From Eledone cirrhosa (taxonomy: Eukaryota): a stretch of 64,000 nt of DNA. Of the stretch, positions 13,341-28,507 are shown in pieces; position 1 is the stretch's first letter; every line of letters begins with the position of its first letter. A program made the translations under genes and the position numbers. Location of the stretch: positions 20,460,001-20,524,000 of the forward strand of contig OZ024747.1 in the NCBI GenBank assembly GCA_964016885.1. Direction: 5' to 3'. The notes under the pieces are model-generated. The model saw only the letters and a program-made list of their open reading frames with translations. It did not search any database and had not been told where the DNA came from.

Positions 13341-16300
13341 TTACAGATATATACTCAGAGTAGGCCCATTCACTCGGGCCATTCTTGCTTCTCTCACCCA
13401 TCTTTCAACAAAATGCTGGGAAGAGAGCACTTCCCTCTCTACTCTGATTTTCCTTTTCAAATGAAATTTGAAAAAGTCAATCAGAGCATCACCGAAGAGG
13501 TAAGTGCTCGTCTTCAGCCCTTTCAAACGTGTCCACCATACTATCTCTTTCACCATGGCCACCAGGCAGATAAAAACTGCCTGCCCTTCCCGGCTAAAGG
13601 AGGAGGGCGGGGCAATCCTCACGATGGACTCAGATGATAGCCGGATCCGTCCTAAACGCGACAGCAGGTGTTCGACATAAACCCACAAGTCAGCAATTTT
13701 CGGACACTGGACGAGTGCGTGCAGGACGGTTTCGTCGCCCTGCGCGCACCTCGGACATGCCCGGCTGACGGCACCTCCATTCCTGTAGAGTTTATCCCGA
13801 ACTGGCAAGGCTCCTCGGTAGCACTGCCAGGCCAGAGATTTCTGGAAGTTGTCCATAGGCCCTGGCCCGAAAGTTCTTCCGAAGAGATTGGCTAGTTGAT
13901 TTTCGTCGACGCCTAGAGTTTCCCCAAGTACGTCGTCGCTCTTCCCCTCCACTAATCCTCTATAGAACGCCGAGGTGGAGTTTCCACCGATCACATTGCC
14001 CGATTGGTCGAGGGCTGTGAGCGCCTGAAAACATTCCAGTCTCCAGGCGCTCCCTCTCGGTGTTCGCTTGACCCAGGACTGCAGCTCCGTCAAGGAAACG
14101 AGCTGGGGAAAAACGCGTCTAGCAAACGGCGACCACACCTGATCACCGTCGAGGAAGAGGTGGAGATGTCGTAGCCTGAGCGCGTGCCTGCGCATCATCA
14201 GCCACGGCATGCCCAGCCCTCCACGTAGCGGGTGTTGACAACAGATGGACCGCCTGACCATCGGAGCACGTCCCTTCCACAAAAAGCGAAAGAGCAAACG
14301 CTCCAGCACAGTCAGGCGAGGCTTAGGACAAGGTACGACGGTTAGGCGGTAGCAGATGACAGACGCGATGTACGCGTTAGCCACCTCCGCTCGACCTTTC
14401 AGGGATAGCTTCCTCTCGGCCCATTTCTGGGTGAGAGAAGTCACCCTGCTCGTCACCTCGTCCCAGTTTTTGTCCGTCTGGAGGTCCGGACCGAACCAGA
14501 CCCCTAGCAATTTAACCGGTCCGTCCGTCCAGCGCCCGACGACGCTGTTGGCCGGCATGGACCTTCCTCTCCAGGTGCCGAGCTGCAGGCCCACCGACTT
14601 TTCCTGGTTGATCATTGCTCCTGTCACCGCTTCGTATTCTCTTAGTGTAGTGCCGATCGCCTCGATGTGTTTGGCGTTCGACACCACTACGGTGACATCG
14701 TCCGCATATGCTGACACGGATCTTCCGCATCCTAGTTCGCGCGGGACTCCCCTCAACGTCTCCAGTTTGTGCAGTAATGGCTCGAGAGTCAATACGTACA
14801 AGAGGGACGAGAGGGGACATCCTTGGCGGACCGAGCGCATGATGTTGAACGGTTCCGACAGGTGACCGTTCACTCTCACCACAGAGCAGATGTCGCTGTG
14901 CATGGCAGCGATCCAGCCTCTGAAGACGGGCCCAAAGCCAGCCGCCCTCAGGACTGCCGCTAGGTAACGATGGTCGACCTATCGAAAGCTTTCGACTGAT
15001 CTAAATTAATTAGCTACCCTCTCTATGATGTATCGCATGAGGTGGAGGTTGTCGTGGATGGATCTGTCGGGAATGGCGCATGTCTGCGCCTCTCCCACCA
15101 GACCACCAACGACAAGCGCCAACCTCTTTGCTAGCACCTTGGCCAAAATCTTGAACTCTGTGTTTAGCAGAGTTATGGGCCGGAAATTGTCTATGTTATC
15201 CCCCTTGTTCGGATCCTTTCTCAGCAGTGCCACCGCTCCTCGGCTCACAGAACTGGGAATTCTCCCGTTCTGTTGCCAGTTGCAGTAGACGTCCGCCAAG
15301 AGGCCTCCGAACAAGTCTGGCATCTGTACGTAAAGTTCATAGGGCAGACCATCCAAACCAGGCGATTTACCCCTTGTGCAGCCAGTCATTGCCTCCCTTA
15401 CTTCAGCGGCTGTTATCGGCTTTTCGCAACACTTCGCCTCAGTGGCCGAGAGCCGCGGCAGTCCGTCGAGGTAGACACTAAAGTCCATCCCTCTACCCGG
15501 CCCCCCGCTGCCCCCGAACAGCTGAGCGAAGTGTCGCTGAAAAGCTTCACACATTTGCCCGGGATCGAGTAGCATGCGCCCGTCGTGGTCCACCAAAGAC
15601 CGGATCGTGGCTTTGTTGCCACGACGCGCCTCCGCCACTCGGGCCCATTGAACGGCTTTCGTCCCCTCGTGTCTGAGAGCACGCACCCTAGCTCTGACAA
15701 CGCAGCCTTCGTGCTTTGCATTGAAGAATTGGTCAAGGGCCAATTTCGCCGCAAGCACGTCGGTCGCAATGCCTTTGCTAAGCGCCTCGTCTAATTTTCT
15801 AACTAGTTCTCCCTCTGCTCTATTTTTCTCTATTGCTAAAGCCTTACTAAACCTAATCGATTCTATTCTAATCACTCTTTTCAGAGCAAACCACCACTTG
15901 TTGTTGACGATGGCCCCCGTCAACGCCCGCTTAACTAGTTCGCTAATCCGGTCTCTGTAGACCTTGCGCGCTGGTAAGGACGCGTTTAGCTTCCAGTAGC
16001 CGGGTCCTCGTCTATGAAGCCTATCTAAGTCAAGCACACAGGTCACGAATTTGTAGTCCGTGTAGCTGACTATCTTGAATTGTGGACAGCCTATGCTAGA
16101 CCTATCTATTTCCCTACAAAATACTCTATCTAGATATGATCTGGATGACCCTATGCGGTTTGTCCAAGTCCACATTGGCACATTCGGGAAATCCAATCGG
16201 TACCTGTCAGACAGTTCAAAACGCCTGAGCAGGTTGGTGAGGCTCTTGCCCCCTCCACCCCTATCCGCTAATCCCACACAGTCCCAGCGTGCATCTAAGA

Positions 16301-16733
16301 TCCCGTTCCAGTCGCCCACTAACACTAAAGAGCGGGACGTTCCAAGAAAGGTCTCCAGACGCCGGAAGAAATCAGGCCGCCCTGCTCCTGTCGGGGCATA
16401 GACGGCCACTAGCCTGAAAGCTTGCCCGTCTCCGCTGGTCACGTCCAGCACCACCAGCTTACCCTCTGGGTCCAGGAAGATGGCCCGTATGGCGAGATCC
16501 AAACCTCTCCGAAAAAGCACAGCAACTCCTCCACCCGATCCAGGACGGCTGGGAGATGCGTACACATCGTAGCCGCCGAAGATCGGTGCGAAGGCCCGTG
16601 CTTCGGAGATTCTGGTCTCGCTGATGGCCACTACATCTATGTTTAGTGACCTGAGGTCGTTGAGCAGGTGACCCTGCTTCCATGACGACCCCAAGCCACG
16701 CGCATTTATGCTGCCTATTCTGAGTGAGGTCAT
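13341..16733 (-). pseudogene. Tx1 ORF2 (APE endonuclease, RT, CCHC), broken near 14980-15010
   Basis: INARGL, SETR, GDWN, YLDRVF, TDY (usual motif is SDH), [36 protein letters not shown]. Split into ORFs 15006-16733 and 13341-14903. Confidence 0.92.
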
Positions 16734-16768
16734 GTTTAAAATAGAGTGGAAAAGATGGGAAAGACCAC

Positions 16769-18866
16769 TTACCGTACTTTTGGTAGAGGAGGGATGGTTT
16801 TTACATCCCTTTTCACTTGATCGTCTGGTGAAGGGACCGTTGAATCGTCCCTTCGGCTGGTCGTCGGCTCTTCTAAGAGAATGTCTGAATATACTCTTCG
16901 ATTGATGGTTACTCCTAGGTCCCTGAAATCACCAACTGCGTTGGGGAATTTCGTTTTAATGTTTGTGTATTGTTTCTGTGCTATTTTTAGCAGTCTTATG
17001 TTAGTTGGCGTTTTGATTGGTGCTGGTATTATGTAGTCCTGTTGTGAAATGTCTGTGTGTTCAATTATGTAAGTCATTAGTTTCTTGTTGTGTGTGTTTA
17101 TTGCCGTGCATTTGTTTTTCTGGGGGTGGGGTGTGGTTCTGCTATTTTCTTGTCGTTGTTGCTGGGTGTGTGTGTTTTGTTGTTGTGTTTGCGATGTTGG
17201 TGCTTGTGGTGGTGGTGTTGAAGGTGTTGTTGGCGGTGGGGTTGTCGCCGGTGGTGATGGTGGTGCTGGTGTGGGTGGTGATGGTGTTGGTGGTGTTGCT
17301 GCTGTGGGTCTCTTAGCAGTTGACTTTACCCTTTTCTCATTTCTTTCCTCCCTTTTCAAAGGCGACGATGCGCTGCTTCTGCGTTTGTGCCTTCTTGCGA
17401 CCTTTTGCCATCCCTCTCCCACCTCACACTCCGTGTCTGATTCTGTGAGGTCGGGGAGGGGTACCAGCTCCACTCTTTCACTTGTTGTTGTTGGTGATGT
17501 TTGCACTGGAGTCTCTGTTGCAGCTGCATTTGGTATTGCTGTTGTTGTTGTTAATATTTCCACTGCTGCTGCTGTTTTTGATTTCCGTGGAGTGGGTATG
17601 GGTGCCACGGACCTATCGTTCCTGGTTGCCGCTTGTCCTGTTGCTGGTAGCCGTGGAGCCGGATTCGGAAGGAGGGGGGTTTTCTCCTTTCTCAGGGTCT
17701 TCTCGTTGCAGAAGGCCCTGAGGTGAGTCTTCGATCCACAGCGAAAGCATTTCGGGCGTTTGCCCTCAACACTTATGGGCAGTTGAGTGCCGTTATCGAA
17801 GTCTATCACATCCGGGATAGCTTCGATGCACTCCTGGTTGGTTTGGATTAGCATCTCAATGGAGGAGCCGACCCAATCTTCTCTTACTTTTTTCTGTACT
17901 TGCAGTACAGTTGTTTTGTCCTCGATTCCGACGAGGACAGACACGGTCAGCCAAGAAGGGGTCATTCCGGGGGGGGACGTGGGTCAGTTTGACCCTCACA
18001 ATTTTTTGCCCGCAGTAGGAGGGCACCAACACCATTTCCTCGCTCCTTAGGGTCACTACTGATTGGGCCTTTGCCTCCTGGGGTGTGGCAAAAAGTACGT
18101 CTACGGTGGCATATTTTTTGCCTCGGGTGATGTGCGTTTTCCGCTGCCACACAGACCCCAAGGCTTTTTGTATTTGGGCCTCTGTGGCTCTTTCCACCCT
18201 ACGGGATTTTGTACTTACTGTACGGTACGTGACCGTACAGTGCTCTTGGGTTTCGAAAAATGTTTCCGCTGCCTTGCAGATTGCTCGGTGTCCGTTCTTT
18301 GTCACCATCTTCTTCGCTTCCTCTAATTCCTCATTTGTTATGAGGATTGTTTCCAAGTTTTTCGCAATACCTGCAAATGAGATTGGTTTTTCTCTGCTGT
18401 TGTTGTTGTAGTCAGAGCTGCTGGTACTTTTGTTGTTGCTGCAGGTACTACGACTACTGCCTCCGCCGCTGTTGCTGTGGTTGTTGTTGGTGTTGCTGCT
18501 GCTAATGCTGTTGTTGTTTATGCTGCTGGTGATGCTGTTGCGGCTGCTACTGTTGTTTTCATTGTCACTGTTGCTGTTGTTATTACGGCTGCTACTGCTA
18601 TTATTCCTGACGTCAGACGAATGAACTGGGTTTTCGTATTTCCCGCACACCCGTTTTGTCGCTGTCGTCGTCGTCGTGGAGAAACCTTGCACGCTTTGCA
18701 CGAGACTTTTCTTTTCTTTCGTCACTTGCGAAAGAGAAGGGAGGGAGAGAGACACATTTAAAGAAGGGAGGGAGAGAGACAATCTTCTCTCTGCTGTAGT
18801 GATGATTGAGGAAGAAGAAGACGGAATGAGTGGGAGTGACGTATGAAATTTCTTTTTCGTAGCCAT
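16769..18866 (-). pseudogene. Tx1 ORF1 (gag-like), frameshifted at a C8 run near 17969-17976
   Basis: Overlapping ORFs 17856-18902 and 16769-17965. Zinc knuckle CFRCGSKTHLRAFC. N/S-rich and P/T-rich low-complexity tracts. Confidence 0.85.
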
Positions 18867-19108
18867 GTTGTTTTTTTGTTTAAAATGAAATTTTGGGTAC
18901 AAAACCCCAATAACTGGTTATTTAACCCCGAAGGGCCAAATAACGGACAGAAAGACCCCTCTCACGAGGAGGAGGGTGTCTTTATCAACAATTTGGTTAA
19001 AGTTTTAAACAATTTACAATTGTTTTAACGGTTAAAAATTACTATACCTTACAGAGCCGAGCCTCCGTCAACCATGGCATTCAATAATAATAATAATAAT
19101 AATAATAA

Positions 19109-19428
19109 TAATTGTTTCTACTTTAGGCACAAGGCCAGCAGGTACCCAGTGCATTACTGGTACTTTATTTTATCGACCCCGTAAGGATGAAAGGCAAAGT
19201 CAACCTCGGCGGGATTTGAACTTAGATCGTAAAGGGACATAACTATGCTGGAAAGCATGGCGTCCGACCCTCTACCGATACTACTTTTGGCACAAGGGCA
19301 GCAACATTACTGGTAAGGATGAAAGGCAAAGTTAACCTCGGCGGGATTTGAACTCAGCCCATAAAGGGCCGTAACTCTATGCGTGAAAGCATGGTGTCCG
19401 ATCCTCTACCGATACTGCCAATCCACCA
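19109..19428 (-). mobile_element. Two tandem SINE copies
   Basis: Copies at 19109-19283 and 19284-19428; the second has an internal deletion. Confidence 0.88.
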
Positions 19429-19547
19429 ATAATAGTAACACATATTTTAGTGTTGATTCACGTGACTAAGATATCAAATAAATGCAACTGAGATACAGCT
19501 TTAATAGGAAATAAGGAGACAGACGATGAGGTGGAGGTAGAACTAAT

Positions 19548-20480
<933 letters not shown>

Positions 20481-20776
20481 TCATCACCAAGGTAAAAAAA
20501 ATGTTTTATTTTTTTATTATTAATGAGATGATGATGGATGAGTTAGAATATATTCCTCTCCGACACCAACAAGACAAGAACAACATCAACTGCTGCAACA
20601 ACTTAAAACAATTCTCTAATATCTTTCAAATTCTGGCTTCAATTACGATGTTTATCATTCAGAGAAGACTTACAAGTTGCAAAATACTGATATTTTTCAG
20701 AAAAGGTTTCTGTTTTTAAAACGGGAATATTTTGTCAAAGACATATATATATGTATATATCAGAAAAAACCCTATT

Positions 20777-21370
<594 letters not shown>

Positions 21371-21408
21371 CGTTGATGTAAATAATGAACTTACAATCAC
21401 ATCTTATA

Positions 21409-21455
21409 TGCCTTGAAAAGTCCCACCATATGGTCGGACGAAACGGCTGTCGGCA
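21409..21455 (+). ncRNA. Type I HHR motif with U3-A8 core
   Basis: TGCC-TTGAAAA-GTCC-c-ACCA-ta-TGGT-c-GGAC-GAAA-CGGCTG-TC-GGCA, with a GUC site. Confidence 0.78.
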
Positions 21456-21639
21456 ATAAACTTGTTATAATGTCATAATAGTTCCTTTGTTCTTTTTCAT
21501 TAATATTTCTGCTCTGCTTATACGCATAGAGCTTAACTAGCTACCGTCACATATTTGGTAGGTCAGACGTGATCATCGCGATTCACATACGACCTACCAT
21601 ACATCTTGCTTATATATATATATATATATAAATATATAT

Positions 21640-21830
21640 AGAAGTGGTTACACAACAGTTAGTTCACCATACCGAGAACAATTGTTTCACCTCCGAGCTG
21701 AAGATCCGCTAAGGTGAAACAATTGTCCTCGGTATGGTCAACTAACTGTTGTGTAACGAGTTCTACCAAACTCGTCCCTTGGACTGAGTGCTCTACCACT
21801 ACGGATATAAGCTTCCAGTGTTCCACCACT

Positions 21831-21831
<1 letters not shown>
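21640..21831. mobile_element. Palindromic pLTR-like element with HHR (21693-21732, +)
   Basis: CCGAG-CTGAAGA-...-GAAA-CAATTG-TC-CTCGG. Inverted arms 21647-21692 and 21712-21757. Same family as 3334-3866. Confidence 0.8.
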
Positions 21832-21893
<62 letters not shown>

Positions 21894-21898
21894 TACAC

Positions 21899-22107
<209 letters not shown>

Positions 22108-22177
22108 GTTATACTCTGCAATGTATTGAGTACCATACTTACTGTGGTTACCTCCGATTCAACCCGGAATAACGTAC

Positions 22178-22247
<70 letters not shown>

Positions 22248-22626
22248 CAAATACAATATGAATTTGTATCGCGAACTGGCTCGAAATTTATTATACTTAT
22301 TTACGTGACAGTCTCGAAATTTATTATACTTATTAACGTGACAGTCATCAACCAACGAGATTATTTCTTTTTTAAACCTACCAATTTGAGCCACTGTTTC
22401 CCACATAAAACAGAAGTAACATTCGAACACCAACCAGATGCGAGGAAAACCACAAACCCTCCATCTCAATTTTATTTTTGAAAAGCATAAAAACTGTAAA
22501 ACCGGTAAAGGTAACAAATAGATATTCTTAAAAAGACTCCAGTTGCCTTTTCGATTTCTTTTCCTTATACTGTCACTCGTGTAGGACAGCTCGTTTTTAT
22601 CTTCATATAAAAAAATCTCATTTTCT

Positions 22627-22684
<58 letters not shown>

Positions 22685-23448
22685 TTAAAACAATGAAATA
22701 AAAAATCAAGTCATTAGAGATATTCTTCACTGCTTTACGATCGTTTCTAGACGATGATAATACATTGCAGCTATACTCAGTTATTGATCTATGTAAAGCA
22801 GTTACAAACTATCAGATAAAGAGACTATTTACTTACATGCATATCACCAGCCTTTTTTAAAAGCAATAATAATTTTATTCAATAATAATTTTATTCAGAA
22901 TTAGTAGTATGTTAGTATCATGTCCTTATTTGGAGGTTGTTGAAGAACTAACGAATCAAATTGTTTTTTCATATGGTGTTAAGATGAAAAGTAAGATACT
23001 TTAGTTGAGGTCATGACCCTATGAAGACAGGGAGAAAAAGACGATTATTAGGAAGAAAAATATATTTTTTTCCTTTTTTATTTCTGTCTCTCTTTTTTCT
23101 GGGTTAGAAAATGATTAAAACGAAATATTTTACTTTGTGTGAAGTGTTAAGGTATTAGTTGATTTATTTATTAATTAACAATGGCATTTATTTATTTATT
23201 TATATATTTAATAATTGTCTATTAGCAGTTTCACCATTTTTATGCATTATCAAATGATAGTAATATGTATTAGTGTAGAATGGTGGTGTTGGACATGTTA
23301 AAGAAATGGTGCAGAAAGAATAGTGTTATTTACAAACAAGGTTTATGAAGTGAAAAGAAAAAAGAAAAAAAGGGACGTAATGTGGAGCATAAAAAGTCAA
23401 TGTGAAAGAAAAAATAATGTTATTTACAGGCACAGTTCTTGAAGTTAA

Positions 23449-23510
<62 letters not shown>

Positions 23511-24296
23511 GTAGATATATATAGAGAGAAAGTTATATACCGACAGAGAGTGAGAAAGAAAATGATAGCTAGATAGATTCTGTTTCTCTTCTTATTAATG
23601 ATGGTAGTCCGACATTAGCTAGGAACTGTGGATATGCAGATATGCACCATTTTGTATTTCTAAGGTTCTGTGTCGTTACATTGACATGTTTACTTCTACC
23701 AATGAAGATCTTGCAGCTTGCAATGTAATTTCCTTAAAAATAAAACAAAAACACATTTCAGAAACATTCCTTCTGCATAGGTATGAAACAATTGCTTATT
23801 TGATATCAAATTAATGCTGTTCTTCCTGAACAGCTGCTCTTCCTTCCAGGGATAATTCATCACTTTTTTAACTATGTATTTACTTTAACACTATGCTGAT
23901 GAAAATACTGCAAACGTAGCAATTCAGCTCATTGATAGTGATGTTACACGGTCGTACTAGATACTAGAAATAGAAGCAAACATATGACCAAATCATATAA
24001 TACAATCTTAAAACTAGAAGATACTCTAATACTGATACCACTCACTGTCTGAATACAGTAGGGGATGGTCAGGCATGGAATATTATTCCAATAAATATAA
24101 AGAGAAAAATAAGAAATGCCGCCCACGAAACAATGAAAAGGGACTTTGATTGTTGTTCCTTCTGATAAAAATAGCAGCGCTGATCACTTTCGAACCTCAG
24201 TTTATTGCTTGAAAATCAAAAGGATAGATTGTATAATAGACTCATAAATATAATTAATATGAAAGCGGAAAAAATGGCTCCGAGGTCGGAAATAAT

Positions 24297-24480
24297 TGTT
24301 TCTACTTTTGGCACAAGCCCAGCAATTATCCCAGTGTATTACCGGTACTTTATTTTATCGACCCCGTAAGGATGAAAGGCAAAGTTAACCTCGGCGGGAT
24401 CTGAACTCAGAATGGAAAGGGCTGTAACTCTTTGCTGCAAAGCATGGCGTCCGACCTTCTACCGATAGTGCCAATCCACC
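24297..24480 (-). mobile_element. SINE with 12-bp TSD
   Basis: GTCGGAAATAAT at 24285-24296 and 24481-24492. Confidence 0.92.
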
Positions 24481-25532
24481 GTCGGAAATAATGTCATGCG
24501 GTAATTGACAACGTTCGTTGAACTATGACTTGAATTTCCGCTTTGCCTTTCGGGCTTGATAAAATGCTAGTAATGTACTGGGATTGAATATTGCCTCACT
24601 TCTCTCTCCCTTTCTATCCCACTCTCTTTGGATCAGATATATAATGTGATACATAGAGGGCTGTGTAAACCGTTTACCGCCTTACCTACCACCGGAAATA
24701 ATTAAAGATTAAGCATATCCTTTAGTTTAAAAAATAACGCTATGGTACTGAATCTTTCAATGGATGTCGCGAAGTGCATTGAAGCATGGTACAAGGATAT
24801 ATGATTCAAAATATTAAGATGAGATGTTCATGGTAGGATCGATGTTGATTATTGGTCAGTTCAGTCGGTGCTTGTCTTTAGCTAGACAACATCAATAAAT
24901 ATTTCAAATGTTTCCTTTACTTTCTATTCCCAGCTTTTGTGCCATATTCTTACTGTTTTGCAAAGTACTGATGTGGAAAATGAAAAATTGTTTATGAAAG
25001 GAATTAGCATTAATATACAGAAAAGATAATGTGCCGCTAAGAAGATGTACTGTGTGTTTGATCGTAAAATCGAGTTTGATTTGCAGACAGGGTTATGGGT
25101 AGTCAGTTTGAGCAAAATAATTTAGTTCCAGTTGCTACACTCTACGTAGATGTTGTGCCAATTATTCAAGAATGAAATTGCTCCGATGTGATTCCACAAG
25201 GCAAAATAAATGTACGTCAGCAATATCTCAAACATAATAGTACGAGAAGGTTAAATATATACATATTAAACATTTTGTATATGATCTCATACATGTGGTG
25301 AAGTGTGTGTAGACGAATGAAAGTTGAATGAAGAATTCTGCATACGAGGATGGAGCTTGCAGAAGGGAGAGACTGAGTAAAATGTGATTAAGTTTCATTT
25401 GACATATGGGATGAAAAAGAAACACAAGTGGCGAGACGTATTGCTGGGGACGACATACACAGCCATCACATCATGTATAAAACTGATATAACATAATGAT
25501 GATGATGATGATGATGGTGATGGTGATGATGA

Positions 25533-25566
<34 letters not shown>

Positions 25567-25664
25567 GGTGGTGGTGATGATGGTGAGTGTGGTGATTATG
25601 GTGAAGAGTAGGAAGATATATACACACTGTTCACACATGTAAAATATTTATATTATTAGAGTCT

Positions 25665-25846
25665 ATTGGCAGTATCGGTAGAGGGTCGGACGCCATTCTT
25701 TCCAGCATAGTTACGTCTCTTTACGATCTGAGTTCAAATCCCGCCGAAGTTGACTTTGCCTTTCATCCTTACGGGGTCGATAAAATGAAGTACCAGTGAT
25801 GCACTGGGGTATTTGCTGGCCTTGTGCCTAAAGTAGAAACAATTAT
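25665..25846 (+). mobile_element. SINE
   Basis: Family sequence with imperfect TSD ATTATTAG(A)GTCTATT. Confidence 0.9.
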
Positions 25847-26240
25847 TAGGTCTATTTCTCTTTCACTATCACTCCATTCTCGCTTATACAGTTAAGAACT
25901 CTTGCAATCTCTTATTTTATCCTCTTCCATGTTTTGTCTCTTTCATTAGGATAAAAATACTATTAAAAAAATGATATAGAAAATAATGCTAAGAATATAA
26001 TGAATGACAACTGTTGAAATGAAATATAGATTTTTGTTACATTTATTGTTCCAGAATGTAAGATTGACTAGAATGAAGAGAGTTTAATCTCAATCTCACC
26101 CATTGTATGTTAGAAAAACACCTTGTGTGGTATGTAGTACGCGTAAGAATACGCGCCGTGTTTTTATAAAAGCCCTCTTCAAAGTATATATTTCAAATTT
26201 CTACATATAAATAGATGTGTTGGTTTGTGATTAGTTGTGG

Positions 26241-26349
<109 letters not shown>

Positions 26350-26714
26350 ATATATATACGTACATACGTGTGTGTGTGTGTGTATATATATATATACGTA
26401 CATACGTATGTATGTATATATTTGTATATATATATATGTGTGTATGTGTGTATATGTGTGTGTGTCTGTGCGTGTTGTGTGTGTGTTGTGTCTGTGTGTG
26501 TGCATTTATCGTTATGTTTCTTATAAATGTGTTTATACATATACACTCGCACCCACACATACACATAGATATATATCTATATATTATATAAATAAATAAT
26601 AGAATAAATAAATATAACGAGAAACACATCTATCATTGAGTGATAATAGTATATATATATATATATATATATATTTATTTATATATATTTACAGATATAT
26701 GTGTACGTTAGAGA

Positions 26715-26782
<68 letters not shown>

Positions 26783-26958
26783 TGAGATAGAGAAAGAGGG
26801 AGAGATAGAGAAAAAAGGAGAGAAAGAGAAAGCAGGCAGTCGTGCAGCCAGACATAAAAAGCCATTTCTGCAAATTATAATTTATAGACAAAGAATTTCC
26901 AAACATTCTTAGAAACATACCATCTAAAGATGTATACAAAAATCTGACTATGCTATGC

Positions 26959-27065
<107 letters not shown>

Positions 27066-27108
27066 CATATATATGTATGTATGTATTTATGTATGTATGT
27101 ATGCATGC

Positions 27109-27156
<48 letters not shown>

Positions 27157-27622
27157 CGTTTATGTATCTATATGTGCGTGTGTGTGTGTGTATGCATGTA
27201 CGTATGTTTAAGTTGTTTAGAATATGAAACCCATTTATTATGTTACATTGAAATTGAAATTCTGAGCCATCTTCACATCTTGATACAAACATATAATATA
27301 ATAGATTTGTTATTTTCGTGGCATAAATAAGAATATGAATCAATTAATGAAAGAAAATCAGCGCATACACGCATGCGCACCTACGTACACGTGGATAGTC
27401 ACTCAGAAATATGTACAAACATACAACACACAAATATAGATAGAAATACCGCCATTCCTATACAAATATATAGATATATGGAAAAATATGGATGATGAAT
27501 CAATTGAAGAAAATGTATTTATTTATATGTATATATATATATATATAGAAAAAATGAAATTTCATTTCTCACTCTTAGTACGGTTGATACTTAAATATAA
27601 CTATGTATACGAACATACTTAT

Positions 27623-28430
27623 ATGTATACAGTCGTACAGTAGTATGTATATACATACATACATGCACACATATATATATATACGTATGGGTTTGCCGAA
27701 CATTTATTATAATGCTCGGTTTGTTTGTAAACAAACAGCCCGAATTATTAGCACTACAGTGTTCGGCAACCATCGTTGCCCTTTTGTTCAATACTGACAA
27801 TGGAACGACGAACTAGTTTCTATCTTATTAACTGTTATCAGCACCGTATACCTTCCTGTCAGTCAATTGAACGTTTGACAGTACATACTTTTCTTATGCA
27901 TATTAACGGCTGAGCAGCCTAATTTGCATATCGAGTGGGTTAGCCGGCCGATAAATGGAAAAAAGGAAATTTCATTTCTCACTCAGTGTTGAACAAAAGG
28001 GCAACGATGGTTGCCGAAAATTGTACGGCTAATAATTCGATCTGTTTGTTTACAAACAATATATATATATATATTATCATTATTATCGTTTTCGGTACGC
28101 CCGGCCGACTTACTCATTCGATATGCAAATTAGGCTGCTCAGCCGTTAATATGCATAAGGAAAGTATATACTTTTAAACGTTCAATCAACTGACAGGATG
28201 GTATACGGTGGTGATGACAGCTAATAAGCTAGAAACTAGTTCATCGTTCCTTTGTCAGTGTTGAACAAAAGGGCAACTATAGTTGCCGAACACTGTACAG
28301 TTAATAATTCGGACTGTTTGTTTACAAACAAACCGAGCATAATAACTGTTCGGTAAACCCATAGGTACATATATATATATATGTGTGCATGTATGTATGT
28401 ATATACATACTACTGTACGTCTGTATACAT
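27623..28430. repeat. Long imperfect foldback (~330 bp arms)
   Basis: 27623-27950 is the diverged reverse complement of 28102-28430. The spacer holds partial copies of arm and flank sequence. Confidence 0.88.
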
Positions 28431-28452
28431 CTATGTATGTACGTATACATAC

Positions 28453-28507
<55 letters not shown>

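Larger units (their letters stand above)
13091..19082 (-). mobile_element. Full-length Tx1/L1-clade LINE inserted in (AAT)n
   Basis: 5' UTR, ORF1 with zinc knuckle, ORF2 APE-RT-CCHC, and 3' UTR ending AATAAAGAAATC(ATT)n. (AAT)n on both flanks. Confidence 0.93.

Noticed and set aside
14356-18761. Plus-strand ORFs antisense to the Tx1 ORFs
   Set aside because: Expected shadow ORFs in GC-rich or low-complexity coding DNA, with no motifs.
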